Below are positions 23,080-35,845 of a DNA stretch of 49,028 nucleotides, piece by piece; the first letter of the stretch is position 1, and each line of letters begins with the position of its first letter. The position numbers and the translations under genes are program-made. The DNA comes from Candidatus Tenderia sp. (GTDB lineage: Bacteria; Pseudomonadota; Gammaproteobacteria; Tenderiales; Tenderiaceae): contig JANOSY010000074.1 in the NCBI GenBank assembly GCA_031416075.1, forward strand, positions 1-49,028, read 5' to 3'. The notes under the pieces were generated by a model. That model saw nothing but the letters and a program-made list of their open reading frames with translations. It ran no database searches and was not told the DNA's origin.

Positions 23080-24249
23080 TCAGTCGGCCTGGCGACGCAG
23101 GAACGCGGGAATGTCCAGGTAATCAAGGCTGGTATCTTCCGCTGTCGCCACCTTGGTTGCGGCTACCGATTGGGCGCGCATGACCGCTGGGCGCTCGTAA
23201 TCTTCGTAACGTGGCTCACCGGTACTAACCTTACGCTCCTCACGAACGCTCTGGTAGACAAGCTTGACCGGTTTTTCAGCCTCAACAGCCTTACCCTGTC
23301 CAAGACCTGTTGCCACAACAGTAACACGCAGCTCATCAACCATGTTTTCGTCAATGGTGGTCCCTACAACCACGGTGGCATCTTCAGAGGCAAACTCCTT
23401 GACGATGTTACCCACCTCCTCAAACTCTCCGATTGAGAGGTCAAAGCCGGCGGTCACATTGACCAATATCCCTCTGGCCCCAGCCAGATCGATATCTTCC
23501 AGCAGCGGGCTGGCGATGGCACTCTCCGCCGCTATGCGGGCACGATCCTCGCCAGAGGCCTTGCCAGATCCCATCATCGCCATGCCCATTTCAGACATCA
23601 CGGTACGTACGTCTGCAAAATCGACGTTAATCAGCCCAGGACGGGTGATCAGTTCAGCAATCCCTTGCACTGCCCCTAACAGCACGTCGTTAGCGGAGGC
23701 AAACGCCCGCAACAGCGTGACATCCTTGCCCAGTACGTAGAGCAGCTTCTCGTTAGGGATGGTGATCAGTGAGTCCACATACTGCGCCAGCTCTTTAATG
23801 CCCGCGTCAGCCACGGCGTTACGTTTTTTACCTTCAAACGGGAAGGGGCGTGTCACCACGGCCACGGTCAGAATCCCCATCTCTTTGGCGATCTGGGCAA
23901 CGATTGGCGCAGCCCCGGTACCGGTACCACCGCCCATGCCGGCGGTGATGAACAGCATGTCACTGCCTTCGATCAGATCCATGATGCGCTCACGATCTTC
24001 CAGTGCCGATTTACGTCCGATTTCAGGATTGGCACCTGCGCCCAACCCTTTTGTTACACCCGCACCCAACTGCAGCACGGTCTTGGCGGTTGATTTTTTC
24101 AGCGCCTGTGCGTCGGTATTTGCAGCAATAAAATCGACCCCCTCAATCTCGGCGGCCACCATGTGCTCAACCGCATTACCACCGCCGCCACCAACACCAA
24201 TCACTTTGATTACTGCGTTTTGTGAGTAAGTATCCATTAGTTCAAACAT
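23080..24249 (-). CDS. ftsZ: Cell division protein FtsZ
   Basis: GVGGGGGNAV, GGGTGTG, C-terminal LDIPAFLRRQAD. Confidence 0.99.
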   Translation of the reverse strand: MFELMDTYSQNAVIKVIGVGGGGGNAVEHMVAAEIEGVDFIAANTDAQALKKSTAKTVLQLGAGVTKGLGAGANPEIGRKSALEDRERIMDLIEGSDMLFITAGMGGGTGTGAAPIVAQIAKEMGILTVAVVTRPFPFEGKKRNAVADAGIKELAQYVDSLITIPNEKLLYVLGKDVTLLRAFASANDVLLGAVQGIAELITRPGLINVDFADVRTVMSEMGMAMMGSGKASGEDRARIAAESAIASPLLEDIDLAGARGILVNVTAGFDLSIGEFEEVGNIVKEFASEDATVVVGTTIDENMVDELRVTVVATGLGQGKAVEAEKPVKLVYQSVREERKVSTGEPRYEDYERPAVMRAQSVAATKVATAEDTSLDYLDIPAFLRRQAD

Positions 24250-24302
24250 AATTCAATTCTCCTATGCCAACGTGCCCAAAAGTTTTCCAACAGTCCAACT
24301 AT

Positions 24303-25538
24303 CTAAAAATTACCCTTAAACCAAACCTTCATTCGCTCCCATACACCCTTACTGCCCGACCCCGTCACCAGCTCTCCACCGCGGTCAAAGCGATGTTGGC
24401 TGCCAAACAGCAGCAACCCAACACCCGTCGCATAAATAGGGTTCCGCACCACGTCTGCCAAGCCAACCACATGCTGGGGAACACCTAACCGCACCGGCAT
24501 ATGAAATATCTCTTCTGCCAGTTCGATAACACCTTCCATCTTGGAGCTACCGCCGGTCAGTACTACCCCAGCTGCAATCAGGTCTTCAAAGCCACTGCGC
24601 CGCAGCTCGGCCTGAATCAGGGTCAACAGCTCGTCATACCGTGGTTCCACCACTTCTGCCAAGGTCTGTCGCGCCAACCGCCGGGAGGGGCGATCACCCA
24701 CCCCAGGTACCTCGATGGTCTCTTCCGGGCTGGCCAGCTGTGTCAGGGCGCAGGCGTATTTGATCTTGATCTCTTCTGCAAACTGGGTCGGCGTCCGCAA
24801 TGCCACTGCAATGTCATTGGTTACCTGATCACCGGCAATCGGGATCACAGCGGTGTGGCGAATCGCCCCTTCAGTGAAGATGGCAATGTCGGTGGTGCCG
24901 CCACCAATATCCACCAGACAGACTCCCAGCTCCTTTTCATCATCGGAGAGCACCGCATAACTGGAGGCCAGCTGCTCCAGAATGATGTCATCCACCTCCA
25001 GACCACAGCGACGCACACACTTGATGATGTTCTGTGCGGCACTCACAGCGCCAGTCACCATGTGTACCTTGGCCTCAAGGCGGACGCCTGACATACCAAT
25101 CGGCTCACGAATCCCCTCTTGTTTGTCGATGATGAACTCCTGCGGCAGGATATGGAGGATCTTCTGATCCGCAGGAATCGCCACCGCCCGTGCCGCATCA
25201 ATCACCCGATCCACATCACTGGCGGTCACTTCGCTCTCGCGTATGGCAACAATACCGTGTGAATTGAGGCTGCGAATATGGCTGCCCGCTATCCCGGCAT
25301 AGACCGAGTGAATCTGGCAACCTGCCATCAGCTCCGCCTCTTCCACAGCGCGTTGGATGGACTGAACGGTGGACTCGATATTCACCACCACACCTTTTTT
25401 CAAACCACGAGAAGGGTGCGAGCCGATACCGATAATTTCCAGCGCCCCGTCGGACGATACCTCGGCAACAATAGCGATCACCTTGGAGGTACCAATATCC
25501 AATCCAACTATCAGATTCTTATCAATCTTTTTTGACAT
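24303..25538 (-). CDS. ftsA: Cell division protein FtsA
   Basis: GLDIGTSK, DIGGGTT, C-terminal amphipathic helix. Confidence 0.98.
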   Translation of the reverse strand: MSKKIDKNLIVGLDIGTSKVIAIVAEVSSDGALEIIGIGSHPSRGLKKGVVVNIESTVQSIQRAVEEAELMAGCQIHSVYAGIAGSHIRSLNSHGIVAIRESEVTASDVDRVIDAARAVAIPADQKILHILPQEFIIDKQEGIREPIGMSGVRLEAKVHMVTGAVSAAQNIIKCVRRCGLEVDDIILEQLASSYAVLSDDEKELGVCLVDIGGGTTDIAIFTEGAIRHTAVIPIAGDQVTNDIAVALRTPTQFAEEIKIKYACALTQLASPEETIEVPGVGDRPSRRLARQTLAEVVEPRYDELLTLIQAELRRSGFEDLIAAGVVLTGGSSKMEGVIELAEEIFHMPVRLGVPQHVVGLADVVRNPIYATGVGLLLFGSQHRFDRGGELVTGSGSKGVWERMKVWFKGNF

Positions 25539-25571
25539 CCGAACCCATACTCCAAAAAATTAAAACCGCGC

Positions 25572-26360
25572 TTACGCTTGTGGCTTTTGCCACTGAATTG
25601 CAAAACCGTTGGGATAACGCATATCTACCTGCTGCAACGCCGCTGGCTCCCCCTCTATCTGTGGGTAGAACTGTACAAAGCGCTCCAGCCGCTGCTGCAC
25701 TACTTCACGTCCCAGCAACACCACCTCACCGCTGTTTAGCTCCAACGTCCAGGCACGACGTGGCGACAAGACCAGACGTTTCATCTCCAGCTGCGCTGGC
25801 TGCAATATTTCTCTAAATACCTTAAACACTTCAGCTACCTGAACCACAGTGCTGTCAGGCCCCTGCAGCTCTACCAATCCTGCAGGGATAGTGGCCACCG
25901 CCGGTGTAAAAAGCTCACCTTGTTCACTCACCAGCGAATGGTTGTGCCAACGTGCCAGTGCCGTCTGTTCCCGCACCTCCACGTGTAAGGCATCTGGCCA
26001 AACCCGTTGTACCGATACACTGCTGACCCACGGTAACGACTCAACCGCGTCAGTCACCGCATCCACATTCACATTGAAAAACCCACCTTTAGCTACGGGT
26101 TTCATCACCTGATAGAGTTCATCACGGGTGACGTGCACAAACGGTGCTTCAACTTGCAGCTGCTTCATGGGCAGAGTGGTCGGCTTCATCAGTGTCAACC
26201 AGCCCGCCGCCACACCGGCCAATACCGCCAAGGCCAGAAGATTCATGCCCAGCCGTTGCCAATTCATCTGCAGCAGAGCAGACCCCGACCAGCGCGACCC
26301 GCTCTGCGGGACGTTGCGCTGATTGCTCTTTTTCTTCTTCTGCTGCCAAGGCAACTGCAT
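25572..26360 (-). CDS. ftsQ: Cell division protein FtsQ
   Basis: Single TM, POTRA LPWV..VSV.RVWPD, DMRYPNGFA. Confidence 0.94.
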   Translation of the reverse strand: MQLPWQQKKKKSNQRNVPQSGSRWSGSALLQMNWQRLGMNLLALAVLAGVAAGWLTLMKPTTLPMKQLQVEAPFVHVTRDELYQVMKPVAKGGFFNVNVDAVTDAVESLPWVSSVSVQRVWPDALHVEVREQTALARWHNHSLVSEQGELFTPAVATIPAGLVELQGPDSTVVQVAEVFKVFREILQPAQLEMKRLVLSPRRAWTLELNSGEVVLLGREVVQQRLERFVQFYPQIEGEPAALQQVDMRYPNGFAIQWQKPQA

Positions 26361-27310
26361 CAGTGGCGTGCCTCGAAGCTGGTTTCCAATACCTGCCAGA
26401 CCAACGCTTCAAAGCTGACCCCAGCAGCCTTGGCCGCCATTGGTACCAGACTATGATCCGTCATACCGGGCACGGTATTGACCTCAAGCAACCAGAAATT
26501 ACCGGCCTGATCCTCCATCACATCCACCCGTCCCCAACCGCTGGTGCCTGCCAACTTAAAGGCGTCCACTGCCAATTTCTGTAGACGTGCCTCGGCGGCA
26601 GGCTCTAACCCACAGGGACAGTGGTAGTGAGTATCGTTGGATTTATACTTGGCTTCGTAATCATAAAAATCGTGCGGCGTCTCCAGACGGATCGCGGGCA
26701 GCGCCACACCATTAAGTATCGCAACGGTGTATTCACGCCCAGTCACCCAGCGCTCCACCAGCACCACATCATCACAACCGGCGGCCTGTTGCACCGCATA
26801 TGCAAGCTGTGCAGCATCGGTCACCTTGCTCATGCCAATACTGGAACCTTCATGGGCTGGCTTGACCATCAACGGCAGTCCAAGTTCCCGCACCACCGCA
26901 TTAAAATCACTGTTTTCAGCCACGTGTAAAAACTTTGGCGTTGGCAATCCGGCGCCATGCCACAACTGTTTGCAACGCAACTTATCCATGCCGAGCGCAG
27001 AGCCAAGCACACCACTACCGGTATAGGGCATGCCAATGGTTTGCAACGCGCCCTGCAACTGACCATCTTCACCACCACGGCCATGCAGGACGATAAAGAC
27101 ACGGTCAAAACCGCCTTGCTGCAATTGGTGCAAACTTTCGCCACCAACAAAATCGATACCGTGGGCATCTACGCCTTGTGACTGCAATGCGGCCAGCACC
27201 GCCGCACCACTGCGGAGTGATACCTCACGCTCCGCTGCCGTGCCACCCATCAGCACCGCAACCTTGCCAAACTCTTTTGCACTTGTGACCTTTGTCGTCT
27301 GGCCAGCCAT
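26360..27310 (-). CDS. ddlB: D-alanine--D-alanine ligase
   Basis: [35 protein letters not shown]. Confidence 0.97.
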   Translation of the reverse strand: MAGQTTKVTSAKEFGKVAVLMGGTAAEREVSLRSGAAVLAALQSQGVDAHGIDFVGGESLHQLQQGGFDRVFIVLHGRGGEDGQLQGALQTIGMPYTGSGVLGSALGMDKLRCKQLWHGAGLPTPKFLHVAENSDFNAVVRELGLPLMVKPAHEGSSIGMSKVTDAAQLAYAVQQAAGCDDVVLVERWVTGREYTVAILNGVALPAIRLETPHDFYDYEAKYKSNDTHYHCPCGLEPAAEARLQKLAVDAFKLAGTSGWGRVDVMEDQAGNFWLLEVNTVPGMTDHSLVPMAAKAAGVSFEALVWQVLETSFEARH

Positions 27311-27312
27311 GA

Positions 27313-28212
27313 TTAACGCTTCTCTCCCACAATATGCACTTCAGGTATCAAGCTGACACCATGCTGCTGCGCTACGGTTGTTATTACCAGTGCGATCAGC
27401 GCCTCAATCTCCGCCGCCGTGGCGTTGCCACTGTTGATGATGAAGTTGGCATGTTTTTCAGAGACACAGGCACCACCGATACACCGCCCCTTCAAACCAG
27501 ACGCCTCGATCAAGCGGCCAGAAAAATCACCTGGCGGATTACGAAATACCGAACCACAACTGGGCTGGCCAATCGGCTGGCTGGCGTTACGCCGATCCAG
27601 CAGCTCTTTAATACGTGCCGTCGCCGCCATCGCATCGCCTGATTTCAATTTCAGATGTGCGGCCACAAACCACTCGTTGGCAGGACCAGATACATGGCGA
27701 TAGCTCACTTCATATTCATTGGGCTGGCGCAGATGGCGGCGACCCTGACGATCGATGCTCTCCACCGCAACCACATGGGACCAGGTCTCATCGCCAAAGG
27801 CACCGGCATTCATCGCCAGTGCGCCACCCATGGTGCCGGGGATGCCCGCCAGAAACTCCGCGCCCACCAGCCCCTGACGTGCAGCAAAACGTGCCGCCTT
27901 GGCGCAGGAGACACCGGCCTCGATACGCACCACGCCAGCGTCAATCAATGACATCTCATTCAACAGCCCCGCCGTCATAATCACCGTGCCGCACACACCA
28001 CCATCACGCACCAGCAGATTGCTGCCCAGACCGACCCACAAGAGCGGCTCAGACGCATCAACTGCCGTCTCCAGAAACTGCGCCAGATCATCAAGGTCGG
28101 CCGGTTCGTAATAACGCTCGGCCGCTCCACCAACACGCCAGCTGGTATGGCGCGCCATTGGCTCATTCAACTTCAACCGGCCGCGCAGTGTGGACTGTTG
28201 CGCCGTCATCAT
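27313..28212 (-). CDS. murB: UDP-N-acetylenolpyruvoylglucosamine reductase
   Basis: [34 protein letters not shown]. Confidence 0.97.
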   Translation of the reverse strand: MMTAQQSTLRGRLKLNEPMARHTSWRVGGAAERYYEPADLDDLAQFLETAVDASEPLLWVGLGSNLLVRDGGVCGTVIMTAGLLNEMSLIDAGVVRIEAGVSCAKAARFAARQGLVGAEFLAGIPGTMGGALAMNAGAFGDETWSHVVAVESIDRQGRRHLRQPNEYEVSYRHVSGPANEWFVAAHLKLKSGDAMAATARIKELLDRRNASQPIGQPSCGSVFRNPPGDFSGRLIEASGLKGRCIGGACVSEKHANFIINSGNATAAEIEALIALVITTVAQQHGVSLIPEVHIVGEKR

Positions 28213-29621
28213 TGCTCACCTGCCTGCAACTGCTGTGGCAGCTCAGCAGCGGCGACGCCAATACTGCCCGCACCCAGCGTTAGCACGATGTCGCCATCCT
28301 GGATCACACCCTTCAGCGCCTCACTCAGACCGGCTGGGGAATCGATAAAGACGGGATCAACCTGACCACGGGCACGAATCGCACGTGCCAGACTGCGGCC
28401 ATCGGATCCTGCAATCACCGCTTCACCGGCACCGTAAACTTCCAGCAACACCAGTGCATCCACCGTCGACAGCACCATGGCAAAATCATCAAACAGATCG
28501 CGGGTGCGACTATAACGGTGCGGCTGAAAGGCCACGACCAGACGACGTTCGGGCCAGCCAGCTCTGATCGCTGCCACCACGGCGGCTATTTCACGCGGGT
28601 GGTGGCCGTAATCATCAACCAACATCACTTTGCCTTTGGCCGTGTCAATCTCACCATTCATCTGGAAGCGTCGACCAATGCCTTCAAAACCCGACAAGGC
28701 GCGAGCGATAGCGGCATCATCCACACCCAACTCATGGGCGATAGCGATGGCGGCTAGGGAATTCAGGACGTTGTGACGACCGCCCATATTAAGCAGCACA
28801 TCGATGTCCACATGTCCGGCACGACAGACTGTGAAGCGGGTGGTATTAGCACTCTGGCTGACATTGATGGCGCGCAGATCGGCATCCTCACCAAAACCGT
28901 AGGTGACCATCGGCCGTGTGCACTCCGCCATCACTTCACGTACACCTGAATCTTCGAGACACATCACCGCCAGACCATAAAAAGGCAGGTGGTGCAAAAA
29001 TTCAATAAAGGTCTGACGCAGTTTGTTGTAGTCACCACCATAGGTCGCCATGTGGTCTACATCGACATTGGTGACCACCGCAATCATCGGCTGTAGATAG
29101 AGAAACGAGGCGTCGCTCTCGTCGGCCTCGGCCACCAGATATTTGCCGCTGCCGAGACGGGCGTTGGTGCCAGCGCTATTGAGCTTGCCGCCGATGACAA
29201 AGGTAGGATCCAACCCGCCTTCGGCAAGGATGCTGGCTACCAGACTGGTAGTTGTGGTCTTGCCATGGGTACCGGCAATGGCGATGCCGTAACGGAAACG
29301 CATCAGCTCGGCCAACATCTCGGCCCGGGGCACAATCGGAATCCGCCGTTCATGCGCCAGCGCCACTTCAGGATTGCTATGGTCCACTGCGGATGAGATC
29401 ACCAGCGCATCACACCCTTCGATATTGGCAGCGTCATGCCCCTTGAACACGCTAATACCCAGGCCTACCAACCGTTTGGTCATGGCGTTCTGACCCAGAT
29501 CAGAACCACTCACCACATAACCCAGGTTGTGCAGCACCTCAGCAATACCGCCCATACCGGCACCACCGATACCCACAAAGTGCAGACGTTTGATGCGACG
29601 CATCGAACCGGCATTAGCCAT
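28209..29621 (-). CDS. murC: UDP-N-acetylmuramate--L-alanine ligase
   Basis: [33 protein letters not shown]; start set at MANAGSMRR. Confidence 0.97.
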   Translation of the reverse strand: MANAGSMRRIKRLHFVGIGGAGMGGIAEVLHNLGYVVSGSDLGQNAMTKRLVGLGISVFKGHDAANIEGCDALVISSAVDHSNPEVALAHERRIPIVPRAEMLAELMRFRYGIAIAGTHGKTTTTSLVASILAEGGLDPTFVIGGKLNSAGTNARLGSGKYLVAEADESDASFLYLQPMIAVVTNVDVDHMATYGGDYNKLRQTFIEFLHHLPFYGLAVMCLEDSGVREVMAECTRPMVTYGFGEDADLRAINVSQSANTTRFTVCRAGHVDIDVLLNMGGRHNVLNSLAAIAIAHELGVDDAAIARALSGFEGIGRRFQMNGEIDTAKGKVMLVDDYGHHPREIAAVVAAIRAGWPERRLVVAFQPHRYSRTRDLFDDFAMVLSTVDALVLLEVYGAGEAVIAGSDGRSLARAIRARGQVDPVFIDSPAGLSEALKGVIQDGDIVLTLGAGSIGVAAAELPQQLQAGEQ

Positions 29622-30717
29622 AAGCGGCCTCCTCACAGATATCTGCCACCTGCCGCGCCGCATCCACCATCGCCTTGGCGCGCGCCTTGTTGGCCATGGC
29701 GCGCAGCTCGGTACGCCCCGTCTGGCAATCACGACTAAAACGCAGCACTGTTTCGCTAAGACGCTGGGCGTCCAGTTCAAATTGCGGCAGCAACAGTGCC
29801 GCGCCACTATCTACCAGATAGTGGGCGTTGGCGGTCTGGTGATCGTCCACCGCATACGGGAACGGCACCAGCAGCGAGGCGACACCAGCAGCGGCCAGTT
29901 CAGAGACGGTTAACGCCCCGGCACGGCAGAGCACCAGATCGGCCCAGCCATAGGCCTCGGCCATGTCGTCAATAAACGCATCCACCCGACCACTCACCTG
30001 ACTGTTCTTGTAATGTAAGCGGGCATCATCAAGGTTGCGACCACCTGTCTGGTGCCACACCTCGGGACGTTCTGATTCAGCCAGCTGACTATTGAGCAGG
30101 GCCAGCGCCGCTGGCACCGTCTCATTCAACGCCTTGGCACCCAGACTGCCGCCCACCACCAACAGGCGCAACGGCCCTTCGCGGCCAGCCATGCGCTCAT
30201 CCGGCATGGGTAGCGCAGCGATGCTGGCACGCACCGGGTTACCGATGGCCAGTGCATTACGATTGTTGGCAAAGGTACCGGGAAAGGCCTCAATCACCCG
30301 CCCGGCAACCCGCGCCAGCAATTTATTGGTCAACCCGGCTACCGCGTTCTGCTCATGAATCACCAGCGGTTTATGCAGCAACCAGGTCATCAGACCACCC
30401 GGGCCAGCTACAAAACCACCCATCCCCAGTACTGCCATGGGACGCCGACGCATAATCACCTCCAACGACTGGAACAGCGCCTTGCTCAACCGCAACGGCG
30501 CCAACAACCAACCCAACAGACCTTTACCGCGCAATCCGGAAATAGAGATCCACTCGATCTCAATGCCCGCCTTGGGCACCAGCTCCGCCTCCAGGCCGTG
30601 GCGAGTGCCGAGCCAGAAGACCTCAATGCCACGGGCACGCAACTCATCGGCCACTGCCAACGCCGGGAAGACATGTCCCCCGGTGCCACCCGCCATAATC
30701 ATCACCACTGCCGTCAT
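29614..30717 (-). CDS. murG: Lipid II GlcNAc transferase MurG
   Basis: [28 protein letters not shown]. Confidence 0.97.
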   Translation of the reverse strand: MTAVVMIMAGGTGGHVFPALAVADELRARGIEVFWLGTRHGLEAELVPKAGIEIEWISISGLRGKGLLGWLLAPLRLSKALFQSLEVIMRRRPMAVLGMGGFVAGPGGLMTWLLHKPLVIHEQNAVAGLTNKLLARVAGRVIEAFPGTFANNRNALAIGNPVRASIAALPMPDERMAGREGPLRLLVVGGSLGAKALNETVPAALALLNSQLAESERPEVWHQTGGRNLDDARLHYKNSQVSGRVDAFIDDMAEAYGWADLVLCRAGALTVSELAAAGVASLLVPFPYAVDDHQTANAHYLVDSGAALLLPQFELDAQRLSETVLRFSRDCQTGRTELRAMANKARAKAMVDAARQVADICEEAAYG

Positions 30718-31958
30718 GTGCGCACCCGCAGTTTTAACTCATCGCGACGCGGTGCCGGCTTATGGTCATGTTTGGCCGGTTGACGGCTACTCAGCCGCAC
30801 CTCATGGTCGATACGCAACAGCAGCGCTGCGGCCATGCAGGTGACAATAATACTGCTGCCACCATAACTCATCAGTGGCAAGGTCAACCCCTTGGTGGGC
30901 AGCACCCCCATGTTGACGCCGATGTTGATAAACGCCTGCAACCCCAACCACAATCCCAAGCCATAGGCTACATAACCACTAAAATGGGCGCCCAGCTTTT
31001 CAGCGCGGCTGCCAATCACAAAGGCGCGCACCACCAGCGTGACAAACAGGCCGATCACTACCACCGACCCCAGCAGACCAAACTCCTCCGCCATCACCGA
31101 GAAAAGAAAGTCGGTATGGGCCTCGGGCAGATAGAAGAGCTTCTGCACGCCACTGCCCAGCCCCACACCCCAGATCTCACCACGGCCAATGGCTATCAGC
31201 GCTTGTGTGAGCTGAAAACCACTGGCCCACGGGTCGGCCCAGGGATCAAGAAAGGTGGTCAAACGCTGCATACGGTAAGGAGAGGTGATGGCCAGTGCCG
31301 CCATCGCCGAGGCCACTGCCGCAATCAACACCCCAAACTGCCAGAGCCTGACACCGCCAATAAACAGCATGCCCATGGCGGTCATTAGCATCACCGAGGT
31401 GGCACCAAAGTCAGGTTCCAGCAGCAATAGCACCGCCACCACAGCCAAGACACCCATGGGTTTTAGAAATCCTCTTACAGTATTGCGTATCTCATCACCG
31501 CGACGTACCAGATAACCGGCCATATAGACCACCACAAACAGCTTAATCAATTCAGAGACCTGGAGATTAAAGATGCCAAGGTTGAGCCAGCGCGCCGCGC
31601 CATTGACCTTGCGCCCCACCCCCGGGATCAGCACCATCACCAGCAGCACCATGCCGCAGATCAGCAGCATTGGCCCCAGCCGTTCCCAGACGACCAGCGG
31701 GATACGCAGCACAATCAGCGCCGCCACCAATCCAATCACCATAAACGCGGCCTGACGGATGGTGTAGTACCAAGGCTGGTTAAAGGTCCGCTCAGAGATA
31801 TGCAGTGACGCCGAACTGACCATCACCAACCCGATGGCCAGCAGCAGGATTAACGCCGATACCAGCCAGAGATCCATCATCTTATTATTGGGCTGCAGCA
31901 GCAGTTTGCGCCCGCCCAACAGGGGTAACTTCGCCATCAGCGCCGCTGCAACGCTCAT
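30714..31958 (-). CDS. ftsW: SEDS peptidoglycan polymerase FtsW
   Basis: NGAARW, EPDFG, LPEAHTDF, LPLMSYGGSS. Confidence 0.97.
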   Translation of the reverse strand: MSVAAALMAKLPLLGGRKLLLQPNNKMMDLWLVSALILLLAIGLVMVSSASLHISERTFNQPWYYTIRQAAFMVIGLVAALIVLRIPLVVWERLGPMLLICGMVLLVMVLIPGVGRKVNGAARWLNLGIFNLQVSELIKLFVVVYMAGYLVRRGDEIRNTVRGFLKPMGVLAVVAVLLLLEPDFGATSVMLMTAMGMLFIGGVRLWQFGVLIAAVASAMAALAITSPYRMQRLTTFLDPWADPWASGFQLTQALIAIGRGEIWGVGLGSGVQKLFYLPEAHTDFLFSVMAEEFGLLGSVVVIGLFVTLVVRAFVIGSRAEKLGAHFSGYVAYGLGLWLGLQAFINIGVNMGVLPTKGLTLPLMSYGGSSIIVTCMAAALLLRIDHEVRLSSRQPAKHDHKPAPRRDELKLRVRT

Positions 31959-33325
31959 TGCAACGCCCTCACAACCGTCTCAACAAACTGCTCACCACGA
32001 TCTTCGTAGCCACTAAACATATCGAAGCTGGCGCAGGCGGGGGCTAACAACACCGCATCACCGGGCTGGGCCAGCGCTCGCGCCTGGCTCACTGCATCCC
32101 CGAGGTTGGCAGCAAATACCGTTCTCACCACATCACCCAACGCTGTTTTGATCAGCGAGGCATCGCGGCCGATCAAAATAACCGCCCGACCTTTAGCCGC
32201 CATCGCGGGCCGCAGGGGCGAAAAATCCTGTCCCTTGCCTTCCCCCCCGGCAATCAACACAACCTTATTAGGCATACCTGTAATGGCCGCTACAGCAGCC
32301 CCCACATTGGTGGCTTTGGAGTCGTTGAACCAGGCCACGCCGCCCTCTTCCGCCACCCACTGACAGCGGTGGGCCAAGCCGGGAAACTGGCGTAACGTTT
32401 CACACATGGCCGCCATGGGCAGGCCTACCGCATCGCCCAGCGCCAAGGCTGCCAGTGCGTTGGCCACATTGTGCATACCGGCTACTTTCAGCTCACTGAC
32501 AGGCATCAACAGCTCATCACCACGGGCCAGCCAACGTTTGCCCTGTACCTCACGCACACCAAAATCGAAACGGGTGGCCGGGGTCCCCAGGCCAAAACGG
32601 AGGCAGCGGCTATCGGGCTGACACCAGTGGTTCACCATGGGGTCATCCACATTGATCAACCAGACCTCAGCGCCCATAAAGATCCGGCGCTTGGCGTTGA
32701 TATAGGCCTGCATATCACGGTACCGATCAAGATGGTCCTGACTGATGTTTAAGACCGTTGCTGCGGCCACCTTAAGGGACGAGGTTGTCTCCAGCTGAAA
32801 GCTGGATAGCTCCAGCACATAGAGGTCAGGTTCATGCTCACCCAGCAGCTCCAGCGCCGGGGTGCCAAGGTTGCCACCGGCCCGTACATTCAGTCCGGCA
32901 GTGCGCGCCATCTCGTAGACCAGCGTAGTGACGGTACTCTTGCCGTTGGAACCGGTAATCGCCACCACTGGCGCTTTCGCCTGCTGGGCAAACAGCTCAA
33001 TATCACCGATGGCAGCCACGCCGTTGGCCACTGCCTCGGCAATGGCATGTTGCTCCAGCGCCACACCTGGGCTCACCACCAACAGTGCTGCCTGACTCAA
33101 CATCGCGCCATCAAACTTGCCGAGATAGACCGGCACTTCGGGAAACTCCTGTTGCAAGATCTCCAATCCCGGCGGTTCGGCGCGACTATCCACCACCACC
33201 ACATCAACGCCCTGCTGACGCAGATAACGGGCGCAGGCGAGCCCGGTCTTGCCAAGACCGACAACAACGGTTTTACCCTGCGCCGCTGCTACCCTGTTAT
33301 CCATTGCTGCTGGTGTCATCGTCAT
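31955..33325 (-). CDS. murD: UDP-MurNAc-L-Ala--D-glutamate ligase
   Basis: GSNGKSTVT, ELSSFQLE, NDSKATN, PACASFD. Confidence 0.97.
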   Translation of the reverse strand: MTMTPAAMDNRVAAAQGKTVVVGLGKTGLACARYLRQQGVDVVVVDSRAEPPGLEILQQEFPEVPVYLGKFDGAMLSQAALLVVSPGVALEQHAIAEAVANGVAAIGDIELFAQQAKAPVVAITGSNGKSTVTTLVYEMARTAGLNVRAGGNLGTPALELLGEHEPDLYVLELSSFQLETTSSLKVAAATVLNISQDHLDRYRDMQAYINAKRRIFMGAEVWLINVDDPMVNHWCQPDSRCLRFGLGTPATRFDFGVREVQGKRWLARGDELLMPVSELKVAGMHNVANALAALALGDAVGLPMAAMCETLRQFPGLAHRCQWVAEEGGVAWFNDSKATNVGAAVAAITGMPNKVVLIAGGEGKGQDFSPLRPAMAAKGRAVILIGRDASLIKTALGDVVRTVFAANLGDAVSQARALAQPGDAVLLAPACASFDMFSGYEDRGEQFVETVVRALQ

Positions 33326-33332
33326 CTCCGCC

Positions 33333-34415
33333 CTAACGCAGCTTCAGTGAAGCGAGGCCGATCAACACCAGAATAACGGTGATGATCCAGAAACGGACAA
33401 TGACCCGTGGCTCGGGCCAACCCTTGAGTTCAAAATGGTGATGGATCGGTGCCATGCGGAAGATGCGTTTACCGGTGAGCTTGAAGGAGATCACCTGCAA
33501 CATCACCGAGACCGTCTCCATCACAAACACACCGCCCATGATCAGCAGCACCAGCTCCTGGCGCACCACCACGGCGACGATGCCGAGCGCCGCACCCAGT
33601 GCCAGCGCACCGACATCCCCCATAAAGACCTGGGCCGGATAGGTGTTGAACCAGAGGAAGCCAAGACCGGCGCCAACAATAGTGGCGCAAAATATCGCCA
33701 CCTCACCCACCCCTTCTATATAAGGTATGCCGAGATAGGCGGCAAACTGGACATGACCGGTGACGTAGGCAAAGATGCCCAGCGCCCCAGCCACCATCAC
33801 CGTCGGCATAATCGCCAGACCATCCAGACCATCGGTGAGGTTGACGGCGTTGCTGGTGCCCACCACCACAAAGTAGGTGAGCACGATGTACATCGCACCA
33901 AGGCTGATCGCGGTGTGTTTGATAAAGGGGATCAGCAGCTCAGTCTCGGCTGGAATAGTCGCCGTGGTGTAGAGATAGACCGCCGCCGCCAGCCCAAACA
34001 GCGATTGCCAGAAGTACTTGGCCTTGGCAGAGATGCCACGTGAATCCCTGAGCACCATCTTTTTATAATCATCATAAAAACCGATACCACCAAACAGCAG
34101 CGTCACCAGCAGCACCACCCAGACATAACGGTTATGCAGATCACCCCACAACAGGGTGCTGATAGCGATGGAGACCAGGATCAACGCGCCGCCCATGGTG
34201 GGGGTACCGGCCTTGCTGAAATGGCTCTGCGGCCCCAACTCACGAATCTGCTGGCCAACCTTATAAAAGCTGAGCTTGCGGATCATCGCCGGACCCACCA
34301 GAAAACAGAGCAGCAGCGCCGTCAGCACCGCGATGATGGCGCGGAAGGTGATGTAGTTCACCACACGGAAGCCAGTGTGGTATTGCGACAGGTAGTCGGC
34401 GAGCCAGATCAGCAT
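33333..34415 (-). CDS. mraY: Phospho-N-acetylmuramoyl-pentapeptide transferase
   Basis: [33 protein letters not shown]. Confidence 0.98.
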   Translation of the reverse strand: MLIWLADYLSQYHTGFRVVNYITFRAIIAVLTALLLCFLVGPAMIRKLSFYKVGQQIRELGPQSHFSKAGTPTMGGALILVSIAISTLLWGDLHNRYVWVVLLVTLLFGGIGFYDDYKKMVLRDSRGISAKAKYFWQSLFGLAAAVYLYTTATIPAETELLIPFIKHTAISLGAMYIVLTYFVVVGTSNAVNLTDGLDGLAIMPTVMVAGALGIFAYVTGHVQFAAYLGIPYIEGVGEVAIFCATIVGAGLGFLWFNTYPAQVFMGDVGALALGAALGIVAVVVRQELVLLIMGGVFVMETVSVMLQVISFKLTGKRIFRMAPIHHHFELKGWPEPRVIVRFWIITVILVLIGLASLKLR

Positions 34416-35845
34416 GGATGCCCCCCTTGCAGCTGCACCGCCTCAACCACTCGCTCCATAGCCGCGCTGCGTGACCCCTTCACCAGCACGGCGACATGAC
34501 GATACTCATCCTGCATCAACAGGGCACTCAGCTCGGCAATCAGTTCACCCTGGGTCTCAAACCACAACGCTGCCGGGCCAAAACCCCGCACCGCTTCACG
34601 GCAGAGTGGCCCCGTCGCCAGCAGCCGTGTTACCCCTAGCTGCTGCGCCCGTGCGCCCACCTGATGGTGCAATGAAGAGGCCTGCTCACCCAGCTCGCCC
34701 ATATCTCCCATCACTAACAGGGTTTGACCAGGAGACTGTACTAAAACATCCACCGCCGCATTCATCGACTGTGGGTTAGCGTTATAACTGTCATCAATCA
34801 GCAGCTGTCCAGCCAGCGCCACCTTCGGCTGCAGACGCCCCTTCACCGGGCGCATGGCGTTCAAACCACTCTGTACTGCGGTTAGCGTTGCACCCGCTGC
34901 CAACGCGGCCGCCGCGGCTGCCAGGGCATTCATTACATTGTGGCGTCCCGCCAGGGACATGGAGATCTCAACACTGCCACCGCTGGTCTGAATCACAAAA
35001 TGGCTTCTGAAACAGCCTTGTTCCAGCGTCCACTGGACTCCACCATCGCCCAGCGCAACATCAGACCCCGGTGCCATGCCAAAGGTGAGGGTAGGACGCT
35101 CACCCACCAGCTCGCGCCAGTAGTCCGCATAGGTATCGTCGGTATTTATGACTGCGGTGCCAGACTCCTTCAACCCCATCCAGATCTCACCCTTGGCGCG
35201 GGCCACATGTTCGACCGTGCCACCAAAACCCTCAATATGGGCGGAACCGGCATTGGTGATCAGCGCCACATCAGGCTGCACCAAGGCACTCAGGTATTCG
35301 ATTTCACCGGGATGGCTGGCACCCATCTCAATCACAGCGCAACCATGTTGTTGAGGATTCAACCGCAACAACATCAGCGGTACGCCGATATCATTGTTCA
35401 AGTTGCCATCCGTGGCCAGCACCGTTCCCGGGTGTGTTCCAGACTGCTCCATATTTGCAGTAAGGATTGAAGCCAGCATCTCTTTAACTGTAGTTTTTCC
35501 ATTGCTACCTGTCACCCCCACCACGGTGGGCGTGAACCGGCGACGCCAATAGGCCCCCAGGCGACCCAGGGCCAGCCGGGTATCGGTGACCACCACCTGA
35601 GGCAGCGCATCATCGAGCGGATGGTCAACAATCGCCGCCACTGCACCACTGGCACGGGCCTGGGCTACAAATTGATGACCATCAAAGTTGGGGCCACGCA
35701 GCGCCACAAACAGATCGCCGGTTTTAATCTTGCGGGTATCGGTCGAGACAGCCGAAAACACCGCCTCCATATCCCCCACACCCTGTGCTGCATCACTGGT
35801 CGCCAGTGCGGCGACCAACTGCTGCAGATTCATCATTGTTGTCAT
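34409..35845 (-). CDS. murF: UDP-MurNAc-tripeptide--D-Ala-D-Ala ligase
   Basis: [29 protein letters not shown]. Confidence 0.97.
   Translation of the reverse strand: MTTMMNLQQLVAALATSDAAQGVGDMEAVFSAVSTDTRKIKTGDLFVALRGPNFDGHQFVAQARASGAVAAIVDHPLDDALPQVVVTDTRLALGRLGAYWRRRFTPTVVGVTGSNGKTTVKEMLASILTANMEQSGTHPGTVLATDGNLNNDIGVPLMLLRLNPQQHGCAVIEMGASHPGEIEYLSALVQPDVALITNAGSAHIEGFGGTVEHVARAKGEIWMGLKESGTAVINTDDTYADYWRELVGERPTLTFGMAPGSDVALGDGGVQWTLEQGCFRSHFVIQTSGGSVEISMSLAGRHNVMNALAAAAAALAAGATLTAVQSGLNAMRPVKGRLQPKVALAGQLLIDDSYNANPQSMNAAVDVLVQSPGQTLLVMGDMGELGEQASSLHHQVGARAQQLGVTRLLATGPLCREAVRGFGPAALWFETQGELIAELSALLMQDEYRHVAVLVKGSRSAAMERVVEAVQLQGGHPC

Noticed and set aside
29621-29807. N-terminal extension of MurC in the ORF track (likewise yggT, rsmI, yraN, gmhA)
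   Set aside because: Overlaps the neighbouring gene or precedes the conserved N-terminus; artefact of taking the most upstream start
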